Source: an uncultured Bacillales bacterium
GTDB lineage: Bacteria; Bacillota_I; Bacilli_A; RFN20; CAG-288
Assembly: GCA_949287425.1 (NCBI GenBank)
Contig: CASEGJ010000007.1
Location: forward strand, 17,232 to 81,231
Direction: 5' to 3'
DNA length: 64,000 nt
The notes below the pieces were generated by a model. It worked only from the letters and a program-made list of their open reading frames with translations. It was not told where the DNA came from and did not search any database. This document shows positions 57,221 to 64,000 of this stretch, one piece after another (the stretch's first letter is position 1; every line of letters begins with the position of its first letter). The translations under genes and the position numbers were made by a program.

Positions 57221-57988
57221 ATGAATAAAGATAAGATATTGATTTGTATAGCTTCACATAAAAAAGGCGTTTTTCCAAAAGAAGATATATATTTACCTGT
57301 TGAAGTCGGCGCTGAATTAAGAAAAGAACATTTTTTAGTTAATTTAGATAATCAAGGTGAAAATATTTCTAATAAAAATCCTAACTATTGTGAACTCACT
57401 GGCTTGTATCAAGTTTATAAAAATTACAATTATGATATTTTAGGTTTAGTTCATTATAGAAGATATTTTGTCAATTCTAGTTTTTGTTTTAAAAAAGATT
57501 TAAAAAATGTCATAAAAACTGAAAAAATAGAAAAATTGCTTTATAAATACGATATTATTTTGCCTAAGAAAAGACATTATTATATTGAAACTAATTATTC
57601 TCATTATATCCATTCTCACAAAAAAGAAGCTTTGGATTTAACTAGAGAAATTATTAAAAATGACTATAGTGAATATCTAGATTATTTTGATAAGCATATG
57701 AAAAAGACAAGTGGGCATTATTTCAATATGTTTATAGCGAAAAAACAAATTATTAAACCATATTTAGATATGATGTTTGATATTTTATTTAAACTAGAAA
57801 AAATGATAGATTTAAATAATTATCAAGGTGAAGATAAACGCGTGTTTGGATTTATAAGCGAACTTTTAATCGATGTCTATTGTCAAAAGAACAATTTGCG
57901 TGTCAAAAATCAAAAATATCTTTTTATGGAAAAACAAAATTGGTTTAAGAAGATATTTAATTTTTTGAAAAGAAAGTTTAACAGCTGA
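57221..57988 (+). CDS. DUF4422 domain protein (polysaccharide-locus glycosyltransferase-like)
   Basis: ILICIASHKK...LPVEVGA...NPNYCELTGLYQVYKN...GLVHYRRYF matches the DUF4422 pattern. Ends with TGA at 57986. Confidence 0.65.
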   Translation: MNKDKILICIASHKKGVFPKEDIYLPVEVGAELRKEHFLVNLDNQGENISNKNPNYCELTGLYQVYKNYNYDILGLVHYRRYFVNSSFCFKKDLKNVIKTEKIEKLLYKYDIILPKKRHYYIETNYSHYIHSHKKEALDLTREIIKNDYSEYLDYFDKHMKKTSGHYFNMFIAKKQIIKPYLDMMFDILFKLEKMIDLNNYQGEDKRVFGFISELLIDVYCQKNNLRVKNQKYLFMEKQNWFKKIFNFLKRKFNS

Positions 57989-58034
57989 CTTTTTTGACAA
58001 TTTTAAATTTAATAATTCTGAATATAATTACTAA

Positions 58035-59177
58035 ATGATGGTAAATGAAATTACATATAAGCCAGTACAAATATTTATATTTCAAAAAATTGCAATTTGT
58101 TATTCATTTATTGTATATGGCTTAAATAACGTTTTTGGATCTAATTATGAAATATGCAAATATTTTATTTATGGTTTATTAGTTGTTTTAGCATCTATAG
58201 TTTTTTTAATTCAGATAAAAAACATATCTTTTAAACGCATTTGGGTTTTGCTTTTATTTGGAATTATCGGAGCATGTATATTTCCTTTTATTTATACACC
58301 AGCTTTAGCGGTAGTTTGCTTAGCTTTAGTATGTTGTATTAATGCTCCATATAGAAGGATATTTAAATATGGATTTTATTCTCAACTGGCCTTTTTCTTA
58401 TTTGCTATTTTTATATGGCTATTTGGGTATAATAAAATCTACGATATTGGTAGTGGTGAATTTATCTTTAGAGAAGTTAGATATAGCTTAGGCTTTGGAA
58501 ACACTAATACTGCTGCAGGTTACTTTTTGTTTACGATATTTTTATTTTACGCATATAAACCCCGCGCTAAAATTAAAGAAAGTCTATTATTGATTTTAGC
58601 TTTTATAATTGTATATATATTGACAGCTTCAAGAACTTCTTTGATGGCTTTTATAATATTTTATTTACTTTATCCAGTTGCTAGAATGATTAAATATTCT
58701 CCAAAGTTTAGTTACTTTTGCTCGAGCTTTTTTGTAATATTTACTATTGTTTCTATTTTGCTTTCTATTTATGGTCACGATAATGTTTTAAATGAATTTT
58801 CTACTAATAGACTTGCCTATTGTTATGAAGCGATGACCAATTATCCACTAGGTATTTTTCCAAAAGAGGAAATTACGTTGATAGTAGATATCTTTTATAT
58901 ACAGCTTTTATGGAAAAATGGGCTTTTTTATTATTTCTTGATAGCAACTATAATGACTGGATATTTTATTTTGATAGGTAAATATCTTTCAAGAAAAAAT
59001 CTCGGTGTTTTTATATTGTTAGGTGTTGTAATTCTAGTATATGGATTAGGGGAAGCATATCTAGTTAATTTTATTTCGTTAATTCACGTGTTTTTCTTTA
59101 AATTGATTACTGAAAAAGTCGATAATAGTCGCATTTATAAAGAAGATGTACAATATTTTGATGTAAAAGTAGGTTAA
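58035..59177 (+). CDS. Wzy-like polysaccharide polymerase paralog
   Basis: 380 aa. Collinear with 54401..55579 (IFQKIAICYSFIVYGLNNVFG vs IPQKLVLIYSFLVYGLSNVFG; YKPR; TASRTSL vs TGSRTTL). Confidence 0.5.
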   Translation: MMVNEITYKPVQIFIFQKIAICYSFIVYGLNNVFGSNYEICKYFIYGLLVVLASIVFLIQIKNISFKRIWVLLLFGIIGACIFPFIYTPALAVVCLALVCCINAPYRRIFKYGFYSQLAFFLFAIFIWLFGYNKIYDIGSGEFIFREVRYSLGFGNTNTAAGYFLFTIFLFYAYKPRAKIKESLLLILAFIIVYILTASRTSLMAFIIFYLLYPVARMIKYSPKFSYFCSSFFVIFTIVSILLSIYGHDNVLNEFSTNRLAYCYEAMTNYPLGIFPKEEITLIVDIFYIQLLWKNGLFYYFLIATIMTGYFILIGKYLSRKNLGVFILLGVVILVYGLGEAYLVNFISLIHVFFFKLITEKVDNSRIYKEDVQYFDVKVG

Positions 59178-59188
59178 AATATATTTGT

Positions 59189-60151
59189 ATGTTAACTTTA
59201 ATTGTCTGTATTTATAATTTAGAAAAATATATTGCTGATTTGTTTGATTGCTTTTTAAAACAGACAAATCAAAATTTTAGAATTATAGTAATTGATAATT
59301 CTTCTACTGATAAAAGCTTAGAAATTGTTAAATCATATTCTAAAAGATTAAAAATTGAAATATATAATCAAGAAAAAAGAGGGGTTCAATACGCTAGGCA
59401 ATTAGGCTTATCTAAGGTTCAAACAAAGTATTTTTGTTTTGTCGATGGGGATGATTTAATCGATATTAATTATGTAAATTGCTTTTTAAATTTGATTAAG
59501 CAACATCCAAAAATAAAAATGTTTGAAGTCAATTATCAAAATTTCAACGATGGGAAAAAGTACAAATCGACTTCGTATAGTCTAGAAACTGAAATTTTAA
59601 AAGTTGATAGTGGTAAAAACTATTCTTTTTTTGATTATAAAGGCTACTATCAAGGTTTTTTGTGGAATAAGTGCTTCAGTTTAGATATTGCTAAAAATAA
59701 CAACATTACATTTGATGAAGAAGTCTATATTGGTGAAGATGGTCTATTTATAGATAAATATCTTCAACACATAGATAAAGTTGTTGTTAATCATTCAAAA
59801 TTGTATCTTTATAGAGCTAGGAAAAATTCTTTAATTCACAGTTTAACTAAGTCAGAAACACTTAAGAAAATGTCACTATCTGAAAGTAAAAGAATAGCTT
59901 ATATAGATTCTTTTATTTCACCTAGTTGTCCAACTTATTATTATTGGATTAGAAAAAAAGTAATGTTATATCGTAGATTTTATAACATTTTAAAAAAGCA
60001 AAAAAACGATGCTATGGCAGAAGAATATAAGCAACTAGCCAAAAACAGTCTTAAACAAGCTGTTCAAGAAACTGAGAATTTTCCAAAGTTACGCTCTTCA
60101 TTTTTAATAAAATACGTGTTTTTTGAGATGTATTTTAAAACTGGATTTTAA
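59189..60151 (+). CDS. Family 2 glycosyltransferase
   Basis: LIVCIYNLEKYIADLFDCFLKQTNQNFRIIVIDNSSTDKS and the DGDD motif (FVDGDDLI). Confidence 0.8.
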   Translation: MLTLIVCIYNLEKYIADLFDCFLKQTNQNFRIIVIDNSSTDKSLEIVKSYSKRLKIEIYNQEKRGVQYARQLGLSKVQTKYFCFVDGDDLIDINYVNCFLNLIKQHPKIKMFEVNYQNFNDGKKYKSTSYSLETEILKVDSGKNYSFFDYKGYYQGFLWNKCFSLDIAKNNNITFDEEVYIGEDGLFIDKYLQHIDKVVVNHSKLYLYRARKNSLIHSLTKSETLKKMSLSESKRIAYIDSFISPSCPTYYYWIRKKVMLYRRFYNILKKQKNDAMAEEYKQLAKNSLKQAVQETENFPKLRSSFLIKYVFFEMYFKTGF

Positions 60152-63100
60152 TTATAAGTCCAATTTATCAAGTTTAGAATCGATAATTGAATAAAGATAA
60201 CAATTAATATTTTGTTTATCTGGTATTTCAAAAATTCTTGTAACATTTCTTTTATAGGTAGAAAGCTGATCTAAGTAATGTTCATCATCGATGTTTTTAA
60301 GTTTATAGTCAATAATAACAGCTTTTTTATTGATTGAATCTACACATAAAAAATCAATCGAACCATATTTTTCCTGTTCTAAATCAAAATATTCAAATTC
60401 TTGATAGAAAGTTAAATTAGAAAGATTAAAAGTACTATTAGATAAAAGAGAAATCAATTCGTTTATAAAGTTTTCAATGAGTTTTCTATCTTTTAAATTC
60501 TCGATAAAATCTAAATTGATATTAGGGAAATTAGAATAATCTATCTGTTCTAAATAAGAGTGGAGCAAGCTTCCTCTTTGAGTCTTTTTAGAAATATCAT
60601 CAAAAGTAAATACGATTTTACTGGCTCTTTTACCTAATCTTTTTTCTTTAAAATATTTTTCAGGTAAAAAATTATCAATAATATGAAAGTTTTCTATCTG
60701 TGAAACTAATTTACTAGGAAGAGAATTGGAATTTGAATTACTAACTATATCACTAGGATCATTTGGAACTTTATCTATATTAAATTCTATAAATTCTTTA
60801 TTGTAGTGATTTTGTCTTACAGCATCTAAATTAGGGAAAGATATAAAATCTTGATAATAAGAATACTCTATTGGTGTGTTAAACAAATTGTCTTTATTAT
60901 TAAAATAAAAGAAGATATTTGCTATTTTAGCTCTAGTAATTGCGACATAAAAAAGCCTTACTCTTTCTGCTAAGTTTTCAATATCGTCTTCTTTTTTATA
61001 GGCTAATCTAAAAACATTAGTAAATTCTATATTTAACCTATTTAAAACATAGATTATTTTATTGTTTTGTTTGTCTTGCTTTAAAAAGTCATCAGGATTA
61101 AATTGATCTATATAATCTAATAAATCGTCACTGAGATATTGGATTTTTATTAAATCTTGTTGATATTGTTTATCAGATAAAACTATATATCTGTCGTTAG
61201 CAAAACTAGGTAAAATAGGTCCATATTTACTAAAACAAAGTTTGGGTAGAGAATTGCTAAGTTGAATTTTAGAAGTTGTTTCAGCTAAAAATACTATATC
61301 GTATTCTAAGCCTTTTGATTGATGGATGTTAGTTATTGTAACAGCGTTCTGACTAGGTTTATAAATCTTTATGTTATCATCACCATCATCTTTAGAATTA
61401 ATTAAAAAATCTGCAACTTGTTTTATATCGAAATTAAATGTATTTAAATTGGTAATTAAGCTGTTAAAACTTAAAAACGAGGCTAAACTAGAATCGCAAT
61501 TATTTAAACTAGAAAGCTTGAAATATACATTTAGTTCTTTAGTTAAAACATTGAAAATTTCTAAGATAGTGGAATTAACAAGGTCAAATTGTCTAGTAAT
61601 GTTTTCTAATGTTTTATAAACTGTAGATTCAAATGGCTTTTGTATTTGTAAAGTCAATTCGTCATCATTCATATTAAAAATAAATGAACGCGATAAAGAA
61701 GCTAGATAGTGAACAAAATCAGTATATTCTAGGTTTTCTTTATTTATTAAATAGCATTCTACTAAGATTAACGATTGTAAGCTAAGGTAGACTACATCAT
61801 CATTAAAGCCTGTGTTAAGCTGTTTAATATAGGGGATTTGATATTTGTTTAAGAACTTTTCGTATATATCGACTTTTGTTTTAGAAGGAACTAGAATTGT
61901 AAAACTAGAATATGTGAGTTTTTTATTACTAGTATTAGAAAGAGAATTAGTTTCTTCGATTAAAGCTTGAATTGATTTAGCGATCTGTTCAGCGCATATA
62001 TAACTTTTTTGATTGACAGTTAGTTTTTTATCGTCATTTATATTCTTTTCTTTTTCAGGTGATAAAAAATAACTGTGAATATTGTTTAGCTGCAATTTAT
62101 TATAGGAAGTATTTCCACATTTTAACGCGTGATTTTGTTTTAAATAATCTATTCCGCCACCAGGTCTACCTTTCATTAAACTAGAAAAAATATCATCGGA
62201 TGTCGATAAGACATTTTGACTAGAACGATAATTAGTTGACATACTTAAGCAGATGGTATTAAATTTATCGCCCATATTCATTTTATCTAAAAACAATTGA
62301 GGGACTGCTTGTCTAAATCTATAGATTGATTGTTTCATATCTCCGACCATAAAGATATTTCCCCTAGAATAGTAATTTCCATTTTCATAATCTTGAATAG
62401 ATGAGCCTAAAAGTTTTAAAAGCTCTTCTTGTCTAAGAGAAAAATCTTGATATTCATCGACCATAATTACTTGATATTTATCTATTTCAGCTTGTCTAAT
62501 ATCAGGATAATTAGTAAGTAGATTAATGGCAAATTCGGTAATATCTTGGAATTCATAGGCGCTAATTTTATCTTTGAATTGTTTAATTTGTTTGGAAATT
62601 TCTAAATCAAAATCAATTAAATATTTTAAAGTTTCATCATTTTGTTTAGCTAATTGATTAAGTGAATCATCACTAGGTAGTAACATAATTTTAACAAAAT
62701 AAGTATTAAAATTATCTAAGATTTTTCCATATTGCTTATTAACTTCATCAGACAATTTATCTTGGGAAAAGTATGATTTTAATTCATTTGAAAAAAGAGG
62801 GGCATTAAATGGTTTAAATTCACTTTTACTAGAATAAGATTTGCTTAATTTAATTTGAGTAATATCTAAAAAAGCATCTTTTAAATCTTTTATAGAATTT
62901 AAATTATCGTAATTAAAGTTATGAATTTTGCCATAAATATAATTAAAACATCTGTTAGCTAAATTTTCATTTGGATTATATTTTTTGTCAATCAATTTAC
63001 CATAATTTGGATTTTTAGAATCAAAATACGTTTTAAAGTTAGCAAAACGTTCTAAGATGTCTTCAAAATACATTTTGGCTAAGTCTTGAATTGCGCATTT

Positions 63101-63823
63101 GAGGTTCTTAGGAAAATCTTTTAGGTAGTTTTCTTTAATTAAATTGAGCTCTTTTACTGGATTAGCAAGGCTTTTCTTATATGATTCAATATTATCGATA
63201 AGTTCATAGATTAGAGAATCTGATTTTTCTTGTGTACGATCAAAAAGATATTTAGATAAATTATTATCTTCTTTTGAAAATTCTTCTTCTATTTTCTTTT
63301 TAATAAATTCTTTTTGTTTGTATCTAATTATATTAGAAGGAATTATTGTAAAATCAGATTGAATATTTAGCTTATTAGCATATGTTTTAACTAGTTGATT
63401 ACAATATGAATCAAATGTTTGAATAGAGCTAAAATTAGCGTTTATTGCTTCTTGCCTAAGCTTATTTATTAGTTCATCACAAGCGTAACTAGGTTTGTTA
63501 GATGAAGTTAATAATTTAATTTCACGATTAATTTCTTTAATTATTCTTTCTTTCATCTCAGCACCTGAATTATTTGTAAAAGTAATAATTAAAAAATTAG
63601 AAATATTTAAAGGAGTAGTTTCTAGTAAAAATAGAGTTCTAATGGATAAAACGGATGTTTTTCCACATCCAGCACCAGCAGATAAAAGAATGTTGCTATT
63701 TTGAATTGGAGCAGTAACCGCTTCGATTTGTTCATCATTTAGATGGACATTATCGTCTTTTTTATATTCTTGATTGGCTTTGTAGTAAGAAATAATTTCT
63801 TTTCTAATTTTGTTATAGTCCAT
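60152..63823 (-). CDS. addA: ATP-dependent helicase/nuclease subunit A (AddA/RexA)
   Basis: 1223 aa. UvrD-like motifs LLSAGAGCGKTSVL, IMVDEYQDFS and YRSSQNVL. C-terminal RecB-type nuclease GSIDFLCVD...AVIIDYKL. Confidence 0.85.
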   Translation of the reverse strand: MDYNKIRKEIISYYKANQEYKKDDNVHLNDEQIEAVTAPIQNSNILLSAGAGCGKTSVLSIRTLFLLETTPLNISNFLIITFTNNSGAEMKERIIKEINREIKLLTSSNKPSYACDELINKLRQEAINANFSSIQTFDSYCNQLVKTYANKLNIQSDFTIIPSNIIRYKQKEFIKKKIEEEFSKEDNNLSKYLFDRTQEKSDSLIYELIDNIESYKKSLANPVKELNLIKENYLKDFPKNLKCAIQDLAKMYFEDILERFANFKTYFDSKNPNYGKLIDKKYNPNENLANRCFNYIYGKIHNFNYDNLNSIKDLKDAFLDITQIKLSKSYSSKSEFKPFNAPLFSNELKSYFSQDKLSDEVNKQYGKILDNFNTYFVKIMLLPSDDSLNQLAKQNDETLKYLIDFDLEISKQIKQFKDKISAYEFQDITEFAINLLTNYPDIRQAEIDKYQVIMVDEYQDFSLRQEELLKLLGSSIQDYENGNYYSRGNIFMVGDMKQSIYRFRQAVPQLFLDKMNMGDKFNTICLSMSTNYRSSQNVLSTSDDIFSSLMKGRPGGGIDYLKQNHALKCGNTSYNKLQLNNIHSYFLSPEKEKNINDDKKLTVNQKSYICAEQIAKSIQALIEETNSLSNTSNKKLTYSSFTILVPSKTKVDIYEKFLNKYQIPYIKQLNTGFNDDVVYLSLQSLILVECYLINKENLEYTDFVHYLASLSRSFIFNMNDDELTLQIQKPFESTVYKTLENITRQFDLVNSTILEIFNVLTKELNVYFKLSSLNNCDSSLASFLSFNSLITNLNTFNFDIKQVADFLINSKDDGDDNIKIYKPSQNAVTITNIHQSKGLEYDIVFLAETTSKIQLSNSLPKLCFSKYGPILPSFANDRYIVLSDKQYQQDLIKIQYLSDDLLDYIDQFNPDDFLKQDKQNNKIIYVLNRLNIEFTNVFRLAYKKEDDIENLAERVRLFYVAITRAKIANIFFYFNNKDNLFNTPIEYSYYQDFISFPNLDAVRQNHYNKEFIEFNIDKVPNDPSDIVSNSNSNSLPSKLVSQIENFHIIDNFLPEKYFKEKRLGKRASKIVFTFDDISKKTQRGSLLHSYLEQIDYSNFPNINLDFIENLKDRKLIENFINELISLLSNSTFNLSNLTFYQEFEYFDLEQEKYGSIDFLCVDSINKKAVIIDYKLKNIDDEHYLDQLSTYKRNVTRIFEIPDKQNINCYLYSIIDSKLDKLDL

Positions 63824-64000
63824 TATTCCTCCTTATCATCTATATTTTCATCTTCTTCATCTTGGCTATAATCGACATCACAATCGATTTGGAAGTCGTT
63901 AAAATAGCTTATTTGTTTTAAGTTATCTAAGTTGTCTTTATAATAAATTTGATGTTTTTGGCTTGAATCAGCAAAAGAAATATCTTTGTAATTTTGATAG
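63823..64000 (-). CDS. addB: Probable AddB/RexB C-terminus (partial, continues beyond window)
   Basis: Open frame of 58 codons running to the window edge, ending ...DEEDENIDDKEE-TAA. The stop overlaps the addA ATG (TAATG). The call rests on the addB-addA operon convention only. Confidence 0.4.
   Translation of the reverse strand, partial: YQNYKDISFADSSQKHQIYYKDNLDNLKQISYFNDFQIDCDVDYSQDEEDENIDDKEE

Noticed and set aside
20370-63704. Other short overlapping or antisense ORFs (20370..20561, 27944..28279, 28814..28999, 29135..29341, 30956..31144, 31598..31816, 32266..32496, 37175..37402, 37318..37527, 38020..38232, 38546..38980, 43948..44148, 48070..48315, 52859..53920, 59079..59267, 61371..61619, 63495..63704)
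   Set aside because: Each overlaps a much longer, motif-supported gene or a pseudogene fragment in another frame or strand. They are the expected chance ORFs of an AT-rich sequence. 29135..29341 is just one frame segment of the decayed ATPase N-terminal fragment.
1-64000. Genetic code 4 (TGA = Trp throughout), suggested by the Mollicutes-like composition and two in-frame TGAs at Trp positions
   Set aside because: Very long ORFs (carB 1069 aa, LRR protein 1698 aa, addA 1223 aa, topA, mgtA) are uninterrupted under the standard code and all use TGG for Trp. Code-4 genomes of this AT content normally have many TGA Trp codons. It is kept only as a low-level readthrough hypothesis in the findings.
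1-64000. CRISPR arrays, rRNA genes, transposases/IS elements, prophage modules
   Set aside because: No regularly spaced 25-40-bp repeats with unique spacers were seen. No ORF has transposase, phage integrase, capsid or terminase-like motifs. The only tandem repeats are the coding LRR units, the 45-bp paired elements and the 23-bp iteron-like units.

Overview
The window is visibly AT-rich (GC not computed) and looks like a low-GC Firmicutes / Mollicutes-related chromosome segment. Genes are tightly packed and stop codons are mostly TAA.

**Layout**
- 1-27.4 kb is mostly housekeeping. It holds a 5'-truncated surface protein with a Hint domain, recG, and an aminotransferase coupled to an HprK-like P-loop protein.
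- It also holds a frameshifted DUF4143 ATPase, a contiguous 8-gene pyrimidine operon (pyrB-pyrC-carA-carB-pyrK-pyrD-pyrF-pyrE, minus strand), and rplS-rbgA-rnhB-dprA-topA-trmFO-xerC.
- A tRNA-Glu(CUC) sits at 27474-27550. The housekeeping run ends there and about 17 kb of accessory DNA follows (27.6-44.7 kb), with no integrase or transposase.
- The accessory region holds two decayed fragments and one intact copy of a DUF4143 AAA ATPase, an HTH-tail remnant, and an SF1 helicase fused to a DUF559/Vsr-like nuclease (Hhe-like architecture).
- It also holds a membrane-anchored XRE regulator, a DUF2971 gene overlapping a 1698-aa BspA-type LRR lipoprotein gene, and a pair of uncharacterised genes (a tentative PLD/HKD-like nuclease and a helical, possibly HEPN-like protein).
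- 44.8-64 kb holds a serpin, rhaB-rhaA-rhaD, a reductase and flavodoxin pair, mgtA, a polysaccharide locus (two Wzy-like paralogs, Wzx, DUF4422, GT2) and addA plus the addB 3' end.

**Most interesting observations**
1. Two poly-G tracts (G11 and G9) sit in the promoter spacer and at the RBS/start of the DUF2971-LRR lipoprotein operon. This is a candidate two-level phase-variation switch.
2. The PLD-like / helical gene pair next to the helicase-nuclease is a candidate uncharacterised defence module.
3. Tandem 45-bp dyad-symmetric elements lie upstream of both DUF4143 ATPase paralogs.
4. In-frame TGA codons fall exactly at conserved Trp positions in two genes.
5. Homopolymer frameshifts and nonsense lesions are unusually frequent, which could be gene decay or homopolymer sequencing error.

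No CRISPR array, rRNA, transposase or prophage was seen.
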